Origin: Macrostomum hystrix
Lineage: Eukaryota; Animalia; Platyhelminthes
Assembly (NCBI GenBank): GCA_950097015.1
Contig: CATNEN010000010.1
Location: 1,364,001-1,428,000, forward strand
Direction of reading: 5' to 3'
DNA length: 64,000 nt
In this document: one piece after another, positions 25,785 to 37,126 of the stretch
Position numbering within the stretch: position 1 is the first letter of the stretch
How the letters are laid out: each line of letters opens with the position of its first letter
The notes under the pieces: generated by a model
Databases searched by the model: none
Told to the model about the DNA's origin: nothing
What the model saw: the letters and a program-made list of their open reading frames with translations, nothing else
Made by a program: the position numbers and the translations under genes

Positions 25785-26823
25785 GGGCCTGGTCCTTCAA
25801 TGACACCTCAGTGTGCGCGGGTCCTTCAATGACACTTCAGTGTGCGCGGGTCCTTCAATGACACTTCAGTGTGCGCGGGTCCTTCAATGACACTTCAGTG
25901 TGCGCGGGTCCTTCAATGACACCTCAGTATGCTCCAGTCCTTCAATGGCACCTCAGTATGCTCCAGTCCTTCAATGGCACCTCAGTGTGCCCTGCTCCTT
26001 CAATGACACCTCAGTATGCTCCAGTCCTTCAATGGCACCTCAGTATGCTCCAGTCCTTCAATGACACCTCAGTATGCTCCAGTCCTTCAATGACACCTCA
26101 GTATGCTCCAGTCCTTCAATGGCACCTCAGTATGCTCCAGTCCTTCAATGGCACCTCAGTATGCTCCAGTCCTTCAATGACACCTCAGTGTGCCCTGCTC
26201 CTTCAATGACACCTCAGTATGCTCCAGTCCTTCAATGGCACCTCAGTATGCTCCAGTCCTTCAATGACACCTCAGTGTGCCCTGCTCCTTCAATGACACC
26301 TCAGTGTGCCCTGGTCCTTCAATGACACCTCAGTGTGCCCTGCTCCTTCAATGACACCTCAGTGTGCCCTGCTCCTTCAATGACACCTCAGTGTGCCCTG
26401 CTCCTTCAATGACACCTCAGTGTGCCCTGCTCCTTCAATGACACCTCATTGTGCCCTGGTCCTTCAATGACACCTCAGTGTGCCCTGCTCCTTCAATGAC
26501 ACCTCAGTGTGCCCTGCTCCTTCAATGACACCTCAGTGTGCCCTGCTCCTTCAATGACACCTCAGTGTGCCCTGCTCCTTCAATGACACCTCATTGTGCC
26601 CTGGTCCTTCACTGACACCTCAGTGTGCCCTGCTCCTTCAATGACACCTCATTGTGCCCTGGTCCTTCACTGACACCTCAGTGTGCCCTGCTCCTTCAAT
26701 GACACCTCATTGTGCCCTGGTCCTTCACTGACACCTCAGTGTGCCCTGCTCCTTCAATGACACCTCAGTGTGCCCTGCTCCTTCAATGACACCTCAGTGT
26801 GCCCTGCTCCTTCAATGACACCT
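25785..26823. repeat. Minisatellite, 29-bp unit (CCTTCAATGACACCTCAGTGTGCCCTGCT), ~36 copies with block-wise variants
   Basis: Period 29; variant blocks ...GTGCGCGGGT, ...ATGCTCCAGT, ...GTGCCCTGCT. Confidence 0.95.
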
Positions 26824-27242
26824 CGTTAGGTGGCCGAATTGCAACCTACATGGCTGAGGGCAAGCTAAAATTCAGTTTAAAATATAGTAAGCGAAAGTTT
26901 TCGTTTCACTGTCATCCTGTTGTCAGAAAGTTATTTAAAACGTAATTTCTTTGTACATTTGTCTAATATTTTTTGCGTTGGATGGACTTGAAAAAGTTAC
27001 TTTCTTGTTTCCTCTCGCCCTCAGCCAGCAAGTGAATGAGGTCTATATACACAGTTAAATCCATTTAAATAACCTATTTATATATTCCGCTGTCTAATTG
27101 CTATTAATTATTAAATTTGCCTGACCAGATTGCACAACAAAACAAAATGACATCAGTGAGCGATCTTGCGTCCCGTATCCAGTTGTAAAACGAAAAGCTG
27201 TTGCCTGTCTGTTTTGGTCATTTCCTGCTTTCCAGCCCGAAT

Positions 27243-27708
27243 GTTGGACTGTCGCACTTCCTGATCCTCTGGTTGGACTGTCACACTCCTGAATCCTATG
27301 GTTGGACTGTCACACTCCCAGATCCCCTGGTTGGACTGTCACACTCGCAGATCCCCTGGTTGGACTGTCACACTTCCTGATCCTCTGGTTGGACTGTCAC
27401 ACTCCCGAATCCTATGGTTGGACTGTCACACTCCCAGATCCCCTGGTTGGACTGTCACACTCGCAGATCCCCTGGTTGGACTGTCACACTCGCAGATCCC
27501 TGGTTGGACTGTCACACTCCCAGATCCCTGGTGGACTGTCACACTCCCAGATCCCTGGTGGACTGTCACACTCCCAGATCCCTGGTTGGACTGTCACACT
27601 CCCAGATCCCTGGTGGACTGTCACACTCCCAGATCCCTGGTGGACTGTCACACTCCCAGATCCCTGGTTGGACTGTCACACTCGCAGATCCCCTGGTTGG
27701 ACTGTCGC
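27243..27708. repeat. Minisatellite, 28-30 bp unit (TTGGACTGTCACACTCCCAGATCCCCTGG), ~16 copies
   Basis: Read directly. Confidence 0.93.
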
Positions 27709-27742
27709 GCTCTCATCTTAGAGAGTAACTTTTGCATGATTA

Positions 27743-28030
27743 AGCAGGTTGTAGCCTTCTGGTAAGAGCGTCGGATCACGACATAAAAGGTCGGGTGTTC
27801 GATTGCGGACTCTACTGGAACAGCTTGTGTCCTTTAGCATGACACTTAACCGTGCATTGCTTCAGTTCACCCAGCATGGGTTCCAGCATCAACTGTAGTA
27901 ACTGAGGGTGCGGGTGTGGCGTCCCCCAGTCCATGGACTGAACAGCCGTACGCAGCCTTCAGATGCGCTGTGACTGTGCTGTCGGCTGCACATCTGGCCC
28001 AATTGGGGCAGGTGTAATATTAATAAATAA
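27743..28030 (+). mobile_element. tRNA-derived SINE family A, full-length copy
   Basis: Colinear with 11800-12112: tRNA-like head, CORE-like middle, same 3' end, TAATAAATAAA tail. Confidence 0.8.
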
Positions 28031-29027
28031 ACATGAAAATATTCCATGTTCTTTTAGTCTATGTCTATAGTCTATATCGACAAATGCAACTAAAAGAATG
28101 TTAATTATTTTATTATGTAACTGCTGCCAAGCAGCCTGAATGATACGAAAGCTTATATATAGTCATCCGCGGCCCACAAGCACTTGGCAGTAGACGCCAA
28201 TGCCGCTGCAAAACGATTCAACATCGCATGAACAGTTATGTGTAAGTTTTTTTACCTTGGTAAGCTAACTGATTTGTGAAAAAATAACTGAAAACGGCAC
28301 CAGAACGCGTATTACTTTCGACGTGAAGAAATGCAGTTCATCCCATCAGGAAATCATGTGAACAGCATGGAGGATCAGCCTTAACTTTATAATGAGGATA
28401 AAGATATAATATCTTTACCTTCAATATCTTTGAAGATGGAGATATTGAAGATACCGATCTATCGCATTACTACACTGTACAGTACCAAGCGTCCTTAATT
28501 ATGTAGCATTGAGATCACTGAGACTGCTTGCTTATTGTCAACTTTCATTACTTATAGCGCAAGTAACTGATCCTGCAGGTCATGCAACTCATTTAACAAT
28601 TTATAAAAACTCAAAATTTCGTTCCATTTTAGAAAGCTGCCTACCTGGTGGCCACGCGTCTCCGAACCATAGATCGGATCGAGCCCGCTGAGCGAGTGCA
28701 GGTGAGACTCTAGATGCGAGTGTATCGATCGGCATTATACTTACATTGGCACATGTACTAATGGGCTAAATATATATGTATACACTTTTTCAGATAAACC
28801 ACCTGACAGAAAAAATGGCGGCACTTAACTTGCGCGATAATTCATTGCAGCAACAGCAGCAGCAGCAGCAGCAACAAAAGCAAGTAATTGCAGATTTCAA
28901 TAACCGAGACTGCTTGAAAATGTGCCATTTAATTCTTTATATTTGTGAGACTGTTATTTAGATATTTAGAGATTATAGACTATTACTAGACTATTTAGAC
29001 TATTTAGACTATTAAATAATTTACTTT

Positions 29028-31384
29028 TGATGTGGAGTGTACTTCGGAATCGAGTGGGGTTGTGAGCCAGCCAAATTTTTCCATTTTTAGCAAGTTAATA
29101 ATCGCGACCCACATAGCAGCTGGCCGCAGAACACCATCATTAATCTTAGGGCCAGACTTGGGGCGGAGGTGAATTAAGTAGCCGCCGATTCCCTTTGTCT
29201 CGGATCTGTCTAGTCCCCTGTAGGAGTGACTGATCGCGGAAATAGCAATACTGTATGGACTAGTTTAGGTTATAATTCCCCTCCAAACCGCGATCAGATT
29301 GTCGGGATCACTCATGCGTTTAGAGTGAGCTTTAATTCTTCATGTCCCTCTTCTTTACTGTAACCCGAGCCGAAGCTCGATTATGACCTTTCCCCCTTTA
29401 GATACATGTAACGACACTATAGGCAGGTCGGCGCCTGCGCTTCCCATATCCCGGCGGGATCACAATCATTGGCCGACTGCCGGCAGACGCTCCTAGTGGG
29501 GCATCTGGCGATTCTCGCCGCCGCTTCAGTGGGCAATTGGGGTGGCATTATGCCGACCCGATTCCTCGCTGACAGGCCGGCGAGCATGTGGGTTATTTTG
29601 ATGAATGCGGGGTTGGCGGAGCTGCAGGACTATTTAAGAGAGCGCGCTGCGCTGCCCCTAGGACAACCTTTTTCTTTACCTTCCTTTTTCCTCTTTCCGG
29701 GAGCCTTTCCCGGCGACTTCCCTGCTCACCTTTTTCCCTTGTCCGGTCCCGGAACTCGGTCCGTGGACTCTCCCCCGTCTAGGCTAGCACCTAGTCCCTG
29801 AGCCTAAGGCTCCAGATCGTAGCAGCAGGCAACTACCTGCTAGTGCCCTTAAGCGCAAGCCACCTCCTTAGGTGCGCTCCAAATTGAGCCTTGAGCTCCC
29901 TGCAGTCTGGCCCCTTGCCAACTGTACTTAGCAATTCCCCACCTTTCTCCCGTTCATTTGCATTCCCCGCGAGATCGACGGCCTGCAGCCTGTCAACCAG
30001 CGTATTCAGATAAGTAACCCGCGCAGCGGACTTTTATCGTTATCCCTAAGGGATTTATTACTTAGCTAGTGGGCAATCGGGGCGAGGGCAGAGATTTGTT
30101 TTTAGCCTAATAAACTATTATTCATCTTAGTCGCCAATCATTTAACTATTAGGCAATTTAGTAACAATTTAAATCACTTTCTATCATGCTGTTATTTCCC
30201 CTTTATTTTCTCATTAGACAGCCCTCAATCATGAGTGGCTAATTCACTAGGGGAATGGGCTCTGGCGAGGCCGAGCTGAAAGCTGCGGCAAGAAGGCTAC
30301 TGTGAGCGCGCATGAGAGTAATATGGAGCTAGGGATTTGCGAGCTAAATGCGGGATGTAGCGTGTGCATTTCTGCCTACGAGGTGGGGGATTCCTTGGCC
30401 GGCTTTCCTCACTCTCTCGGCGGGTTCCAGTGTATGCGTCAAGTTCCTTTGCCAATTTGAATTCTCCCTCTTTTCCCCGCCTTTCGCAACCGCGGCCATG
30501 GGAGCGAGAGGCGTGATCTAATAATTTCCTGCTTGCATAATCACTCAGCCAGTGTTCAGCTTAATCTCTCCTGCCTCTGTTCTCCTCAACTCACACAGAA
30601 TCGGCTTGCTAGTTATCTAATGAGTAGGCTGCAGTCTAATGTACGGAATGTGTCTAATGTCTCATGAGTAGGATCCTGGCTATGGATTTCTCATTCGGGT
30701 TCGGAGTACCACCTTTCTAGACCACTGTAGCGCAGTTTCAGGAATCCCCTTGTGAGGCGTGACTCGATCCATTCTGGGGTTCTCGCCCTAGTCTAAAACG
30801 GAAGTTACAGAATGCTCTATTTTTCGGCTTGTCTAAGATCTGTGTGACAAACTGGGAGCTGCGAGCTCCGGGGACCCAAGTTCCCAAATGTCTGCGGTGG
30901 CAACGTAGGCGCATTGGGTGGTGGCGCTACCTTCGATCATTATCCGCTTTGCCGATAGCCTTTCCGCATTTCTAAGACAAGAGCCTAGGCCGAGTCGACC
31001 ACTGCTACCAAAGTTAGGAGTCAGTTACGAACATGCTACTGATGACAGTAGGCTATCTAGCCCTGTCCTATTCGCTTGCGGGTAGTCCGACATCTATTTA
31101 GACTTTTAGCCGGTTTCGAGCACTGCTTGGGGTGGGCACGGCAGTCATGCCTGTGGCCTATGGGTTGGGTGGGACTGGCCAGCCTGAGGCCAATAGGACC
31201 ACTCACTTGCATCCTTTGTACCGCCTCATCTCTCCCTTCATCTCCCCCTTCATCCCTCCCTTCGTCATCCCTCTCTGCGACAACTCGCGGCAGCAGCGAT
31301 CGACCTCCGACTCTATCGTCGTTTTCCACACTCCTATCTTTCATGAGGGCGGTCATCGGCTAGCAAAAGACCCGCACTATTTCA
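29028..31384 (+). repeat. 5' LTR, 2,357 bp
   Basis: Starts TGATGTGGAG, ends CACTATTTCA; candidate TATA TATTTAAG at 29631 and AATAAA at 30109. Confidence 0.93.
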
Positions 31385-31385
31385 A

Positions 31386-31406
31386 TGGTGGCATCGAGGT
31401 GGGATT
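31386..31406 (+). promoter_or_regulatory. Primer-binding site, tRNA-Leu-like
   Basis: TGGTGGCATCGAGGTGGGATT lies one base after the LTR. Its complement ends ...GCCACCA, like tRNA-Leu 3' ends, with an imperfect match beyond the first 8 nt. Confidence 0.7.
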
Positions 31407-32714
31407 TAGAAAGGGCGCGAAACGAACCTGAATTTTTTTCAATTGTTAGTTTAGCGCCGCAGATTTCTGTGGTAGTTAGCCGTAAGGGCTTCTTCTAGAT
31501 TTCATCTTCCGTATGCCTAAATCTTATCTCTAGAGACTGGACTTCAGTTCGAGTAACTGTCAATTAATTTTCTTGAACAGTTTCAATTTGATTCGGACTT
31601 TAATGTAAGGATTTTGTTAGGATTTCCAAAATTTCTGATTAGTGACTTTCTACTAAGAGTAGGCTGTGTGAGCGGACTTCATGCTAGAGTGTCTTCGGGT
31701 TATGTGGCTGCTGCAGGAGTCAGGGACTGTCTGTGGGGTTTCCCGCGTGACTGTTCTGGGAGGGGCCAATCTTAACGAAGGACCGGGCCATGCCGGTCAG
31801 GCCTCCTAACCGAGCGAAGTGAGCCCCCGGCAATGCAGCCGGGAACCGATGACTCGCTGAGCACCGGGGGTTGGTTCTCTTGGGCAGCTTGTAGGCCTGC
31901 TTACGTGTACCTGATTCTGAAAGTGTCACATAGCTTTGATCAAGTCTGACTTTGGTGGGGAACAGTTAGGGAGGTGGGACCTTCTGGGAGGTCTAGCGAC
32001 CCCCGTGCCCGCCTCTCGAAGCTGCCTACTTTAAGTATGGGCTAGAATTCGGTCGGCGCGTCTTTCTAAGAAACTCTCTGAGGGATGGTCTAAACGGCGA
32101 AACCGGGCTCTAAGCCACGGACCCCTAACCGAGCGAGGTCTCAGATGTATAATTCCTGGGATCCCCAGCCTCGTAATCGCGGAGGCGAAGCCCCCGGCCA
32201 TCCCCACCGGGAAGGGCCCTCTGAGCGAATCGGGGATTAGCCTTCTTTGAATGACTTTTTGAGTCGCGTGCTTTCCAAGGTAGGGAGATAGGCTGCTGCA
32301 GGCGCAACCTTGCAGTAGTACTGGCCCCGCCGTACCTATAGTGTAACAGTCTGCTATAGGGTTGCTGAATGAGTGCTAAGTTAAAACCTAGACTTCTATG
32401 TCCCAAACTTAAGTGCGCGCAAGCAGTTGTCGGTAGCCAAGGCTGGAAGCAAAGCTAGCCAGGGCCCTGGGCCCTTTTTTCTCTCTCATTGATCTTTGAT
32501 CTCATTTTTGCTGAAGGATTGTTTGCTAGGAGTAGGGAATTTGCTCGCGTCATTAATTAGGGCTGGATTTGACAACTCAGGCCTATTCTCTTTTCCCTCT
32601 CGCACGACCCCCGGTCGTGATCCGTGCCTCCCCTTTCTCTCCTTCCCCATTGTTGCATTAGCGACAAACACCCCTTTCAATTCGCAAAAACCCTCATTTC
32701 TCTTTTGGCCGAAA

Positions 32715-33788
32715 ATGTCCGACCAGGAGGATGAGGTCGTCGAGGCCATCGGCGCCCCCCGCCCACCTAGAGGCCGCGCTGCTGCCGCAGCGCGCGCCGA
32801 TCCCCCAGCGGCAGCAGCAGCTGCAGCCGCCAATCAAGGGGACCCCATCGAGCGCCTAGCCTCCCTGATGGAGCGTCTAGAGCCGCGTCGAGCTAGAACT
32901 CACAGGGTGAAAGTTGCCCTGGAACCATTCGAGTCGGCAGCAGACTCCTTTCCCCGCTGGCTGCGCCGGTTTAACCTGAAGGTTGAGGCTGAGGGCTTGG
33001 AAACAGAAGAGGAGAAAATCCTCACCCTGCTGGCCCACCTAGGCGGTGAACCCCTAACCCAAGCGATGACCCTGCCGCGCCGCGTGACCTATGTCCGGTT
33101 CGTGCAGGACCTGACCGAGGCCCTCAGCGGCGCCTGCACCCCCTATGCCCGGCTCCTCAGCGGGCGCAACCTGAGGCAGGACCGAGGCGAATCGTATGCC
33201 TCATTCGCCGACCGCCTGAGGTCCGCTGCGGCGCAGGTAAACCCCAACGGCCGTGGCCCACAATTTGAACAGGGTCTTTTGGCTTCCTTCTTAGAGGGCA
33301 TTGCAGCCTCCCCCGAGGTCCTGGCGCCCGTTATGCGCCTTGAGTTCGCCACTGTAGAGGAAGCTGCCGCTGAGTTGCGGGCCGCCACTCAGGCTTATGA
33401 AATGGCCGCTGAGCGCGATCCCCGTAGAAAGGTGCGCCAAATCAGGGCCGACCCGGGTGACGGAGGGCCGAGCAATGCGACCTCCAGCCAGCCAGACCCC
33501 CAGCTCCTAATGATGAAGGAGATGGCAAAGGTGACAGAGCAGCTGGTGGAGATTTCTCGCCAGCTGCGCGCCCAACCCGCTCCCCCGCACCTCTGCCCGC
33601 ACCTGAGTGGCCATCAGTGGACCGCCGGGCAGCGAGCAAGCCAAGCGGGCCGAAGGCGAGGAAAGGAAGAGATGGGAAACGGCAGCGGGGCCGCCAACTG
33701 GAGGCTCGACCAGCGCGCCGAAGCCCCGGTGGTGGCCCGACAGTCGGAGCCGTCACCACTCCTCCCGTCCCCCCAGAAGTCCGAGTGA
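32715..33788 (+). CDS. gag: Gag (capsid-like) of the LTR element
   Basis: FPRWLRRFNLKVEAEGL...LLAHLGGE and major-homology-like LRQDRGESYASFADRL; no CCHC knuckle seen. Probably continues into the protease frame near 33582-33586. Confidence 0.8.
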   Translation: MSDQEDEVVEAIGAPRPPRGRAAAAARADPPAAAAAAAANQGDPIERLASLMERLEPRRARTHRVKVALEPFESAADSFPRWLRRFNLKVEAEGLETEEEKILTLLAHLGGEPLTQAMTLPRRVTYVRFVQDLTEALSGACTPYARLLSGRNLRQDRGESYASFADRLRSAAAQVNPNGRGPQFEQGLLASFLEGIAASPEVLAPVMRLEFATVEEAAAELRAATQAYEMAAERDPRRKVRQIRADPGDGGPSNATSSQPDPQLLMMKEMAKVTEQLVEISRQLRAQPAPPHLCPHLSGHQWTAGQRASQAGRRRGKEEMGNGSGAANWRLDQRAEAPVVARQSEPSPLLPSPQKSE

Positions 33789-34222
33789 ACTCACTCGGCC
33801 GAGTCCCCACCCGAGTGCGAACCCGCCCCAATCGCTCCGAGCAGCTTAGCGAGGTTTGGGTAGCCTTGGAGGTGGAAGGGGCGCCCCTAGATCTCCTCAT
33901 CGACACGGGGTCTATGGTTAATGTGCTCCCGGACTCGCTGACATCAATCTTCCAACACTGTGATTTCGAACCCCCTCAATTCTCCCTAATTGCATATAAT
34001 GGCACCCCAATTGTTGCACGGGCGCAAATCAAGGTCAAACTACAGGTTGGCACCGAAGCGCTGGATACCTTGTTCCTGGTGGTTGAGGGCAACTGCTCTC
34101 CCCTGCTCGGCGCCTCCTGGTTGGCTCACCATCATGCCATCATTGACTTTGATTCGCGCCAATTGATCATTTACCGCCAATTTCTTCCATTTTCACTCAG
34201 GCGAAAGGCTAACTTTAATTGA
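33587..34222 (+). CDS. Basic NC-like linker plus retroviral-type aspartic protease, in the -1 frame relative to gag
   Basis: LDLLIDTGSMVNVLP catalytic motif and LLGASWL (ILGxDxL-like) motif; stop at 34222 with no RT following. Confidence 0.85.
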   Translation, partial: APLPAPEWPSVDRRAASKPSGPKARKGRDGKRQRGRQLEARPARRSPGGGPTVGAVTTPPVPPEVRVNSLGRVPTRVRTRPNRSEQLSEVWVALEVEGAPLDLLIDTGSMVNVLPDSLTSIFQHCDFEPPQFSLIAYNGTPIVARAQIKVKLQVGTEALDTLFLVVEGNCSPLLGASWLAHHHAIIDFDSRQLIIYRQFLPFSLRRKANFN

Positions 34223-34370
34223 GGGTTACCGTGACCTGGGGTCGGTCACCATTCTCCTTCCCCACCCACCCCGTCCCCTTTTTCTGTTCGTTGATCTATT
34301 TAGGGAAGGGCAGTAGAGTTTTGGCGGGGGAAAGTTTTACTTGTTCTAGGGAGATAGTAAACTATTTGAC

Positions 34371-34997
34371 ATGTCCGGCTCGAGCACTATTGTGGCCTGG
34401 TGGTTGGAGATGGTCGCCACCGATCATCGGCGTGAGTTGGCCGGCAAGCGGACGTGGTTAATGATCCGCCTGTGGCTGCTCCCCGCGCTAGGCCGTGCGG
34501 CGCAGGCCGGGCTCGACCTTGCCCTGGCATGCCAGCTGGCTGAAGCTAGGTGGATGGCGCAAGCATGGTGTGAGGAACGGGACCCTCTGCCGCCTAGGGG
34601 TGAAGATGAAGCGAGCCTTCACTGGACCCTGCAGTGGATGGTGTACAGCCCGCCAGAGGACTGGGGCATGGCGGTGCCCGAAGCCCTGATGTCCTGGTTA
34701 CAGGCTACCCGGATCCCCAGCCAGTCGGATCTCGAACATCAGCTGGTGGAAGCCTGGATTGCTCGAGCCGCCTGGAGGCGATCGTCCGGGCTGGGTTCCG
34801 CGCCATGGCGAAGTTGGGCAGTGGAAGCGTCCACCATCGAGGAGCCGCCGCCAGGAGATAGTACCCTCGGCCACATGGTGAGAGTGATGGAGGGGGAAGA
34901 AGGTAGCGGGACCGAAGCAGATAGCACCGCACCCGCGGCGGAGAGTACAGCGATTGAGGATGGGGCGGAAGATAGGGAAGATTCAGGACTGGAGTAA
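34371..34997 (+). CDS. Orphan Trp-rich ORF with acidic tail, 208 aa, in the position normally occupied by pol
   Basis: Intact ATG-to-stop ORF, GC-rich against AT-richer flanks, 14 Trp, D/E-rich C-terminus; no motif recognised. Confidence 0.55.
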   Translation: MSGSSTIVAWWLEMVATDHRRELAGKRTWLMIRLWLLPALGRAAQAGLDLALACQLAEARWMAQAWCEERDPLPPRGEDEASLHWTLQWMVYSPPEDWGMAVPEALMSWLQATRIPSQSDLEHQLVEAWIARAAWRRSSGLGSAPWRSWAVEASTIEEPPPGDSTLGHMVRVMEGEEGSGTEADSTAPAAESTAIEDGAEDREDSGLE

Positions 34998-35204
34998 GGA
35001 GGGGGCATCGAGTTTCTGGAGCCTTCGCAGGGAGTGCAGGGGTTTACAGCCTATTTATCGCCATCCCCTGTTCGCCTGAGGTTCCTCCTTTCGGGTTACT
35101 TTTCTCCCTTGTCCCCCCTTCTCCCCTTTAGTAAAATGCGCACTCTGCACTTTTTGTTCTCTTCTTCCTATTGTGCATGTTTTCCCTTTTTATCAAAGCC
35201 GCCT

Positions 35205-35810
35205 TGGCACAAAAATCTCATAAAAATTCTTATAATTTAGCAACAAAACCCAAAAACATACCTAGTGGGGTGAAATTCCCCTAGTACTTTTTCGCATGAG
35301 ATGCCTATCTACATGTAGCAATCTAGGGTATGCACCTTCTTTTCTTAAAGAGCATTTTATTTTAATCGCACCACATCATGCATGGCACCTCTGCCTTATC
35401 TTGTTCATATTGGTGGGTCTGTGGGAGTTCAAATTAGGACAACTTCTAAATTAGGAGGGACACCAACCCGCTAAAGTGAGCGGGGTGGTATGCCATGGGA
35501 AATTCTATGTTTCTTTAAGGGTGGGAAGGCGGTTTCAAATCAAAAAGGCCATCTCGGCGCCAAATCCTCTTAAAAACTCATATAAACTAGTCAAAATCCA
35601 AAAACATATTTAGTGGGGTGAAATTCCCCTTCGTAAGAATTTTCGCATGAAACATTTTCGTAATAACTGCCGCAAACTAGGGTTCGCACCTACTTTTCGC
35701 AAAACTTGCTTATCTTACATGTTCTCCATGCTTGGTTTCGGGAATTTAGCTATGCCGGCTCTATTTAGGGGGTATACCAACCCGCTAAAGTGAGCGGGGT
35801 GGTATGTTTC
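35205..35810. repeat. Diverged tandem duplication (~315-350 bp) with two conserved hairpin motifs
   Basis: TAGTGGGGTGAAATTCCCCT at ~35263 and ~35611; ACCAACCCGCTAAAGTGAGCGGGGTGGTATG at 35462 and 35776. Confidence 0.75.
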
Positions 35811-36208
35811 GGGAGTTTTTCTTAATGTTTGTTTAAAGAGTGGGCGGTTGTAAATCAAGAGGCCGGTAGGGCCGGGTATTCAAATTCTAGGGGAGACAAT
35901 CTGGCTGTTTCAATGAGCGACAGATTTCAAAATGATAATTTTTCTTTTGTTAGGGCTAGAAAAGGCAAAAAGAAACATTATTTGGGGAGCCAGAAGTTAG
36001 CGGCTGGGCATTCAAATCTAGGTACCTGGAGGGGTAGAATAGTAATAAATCGTACGAATTAAGGTTCCAGACGTTTCGAAAACTCATTAACAGTCTATTA
36101 GTTTTTTTCGGTTACTAGGCAATCGTAAAATTTGAGCAGTAATGTTTCATCTAGGAAGGAAGTCGGACACAGATAGCGGATTCTCTTTTACATTTCAAAT
36201 AGTGGCGG

Positions 36209-36214
36209 TTTATT
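36209..36214 (-). terminator. Polyadenylation signal AATAAA for the antisense gene
   Basis: TTTATT on the plus strand, ~95 nt downstream of the antisense stop codon. Confidence 0.55.
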
Positions 36215-36308
36215 TGCATGATAATGTGGCACAGTTTGGCGAAGATGCCTACAGTCAAGTGATGATAGTGGTAGCAGATAGCAGTTCAGAGGGTGGTAGT
36301 GGTCGCCG

Positions 36309-36945
36309 TTACATCAGTAAAATCAGTACGAAAAGCACGATGGCTGCGATCGCCACTCCGGCAGCCAGGGCCATGCCCAGCGGGCCCCGAATAAAACTCG
36401 AAACGATGGCCGCCAGGTCGGCCTCGCGGCCTTCGGGCACGTTAATGTCTGCAAGAGCAAGGTGGATGAGTAGTTTAGTAAGGCGCAGTGGCGTTCTGCG
36501 GGCGGAAGTTTCAAATGGTGACACCCAGGGTGGGGGGGGAAGTGTAGGTTTATCAATGCCAACTTACTCATCACAAACGACACCGATATGGGGCCACCCG
36601 ACGCGGTCCGGCGTCGAGGCTCCGGTTCGAAGGCACCGAGCGGGTAGCTGCTGAAAGCGAAGAGTGGTGTAGTCCGATTAGGAATGGAAGAATAGAGGTG
36701 GCAATCGCAGACTAAGTAACTTTCAATTTAATCAATCATTAACTCAGGAAGGGTTCCTTTTTCGCAGTTTTGGGGTCGGGGTCAATTTCAGATTCTCGGG
36801 ATAAATGGCGTGCCGTGGGTAGGGGGAACTCTAGTTATCCTAATTATTATGACATAACCCTCGCAATTATCCTTAATAACCGGCCTTGGGGGGCCGAGTA
36901 GAAGCAAATAACTCACCTTTCGTCTTCAGGTTGCTGCTGGGCCAT
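36309..36945 (-). CDS. Predicted three-exon antisense gene inside the LTR element; exons 36945-36917, 36650-36568, 36448-36309; 83-aa protein with C-terminal transmembrane helix
   Basis: Kozak-like ATAATGG; donors AG|GTGAGT and A|GTAAGT; acceptors TTTCAG and CTTGCAG with branch-like CCTAATC and TACTAAAC; phases 2 and 1 match. Protein MAQQQPEDESSYPLGAFEPEPRRRTASGGPISVSFVMNINVPEGREADLAAIVSSFIRGPLGMALAAGVAIAAIVLFVLILLM. Confidence 0.7.
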
Positions 36946-37126
36946 TATGTAGTCAAGACGTACGCGATAGTTGGTATCGATGCTGGTCACAGTGTAGACT
37001 TAGATGGCAAATGTGTAGTTTTTCCTTCTTGCCGTTAATCACAAGGATGTTAGGTTCAGTATGGCGGAATTAGCAGTTGTTTAGGAGATAAAGAGGCTTT
37101 GGGTTAATGGGGCGTCAAGTGTTTGC

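Noticed and set aside
29469-29801. 110-aa ORF in the LTR (also 38369-38701)
   Set aside because: Non-ATG start, straddles the predicted TATA/TSS, low-complexity pyrimidine-rich translation.
36142-36654. Plus-strand 170-aa ORF as a gene
   Set aside because: It is the shadow of the minus-strand exons; the splice, promoter and poly(A) signals all point to the minus strand.
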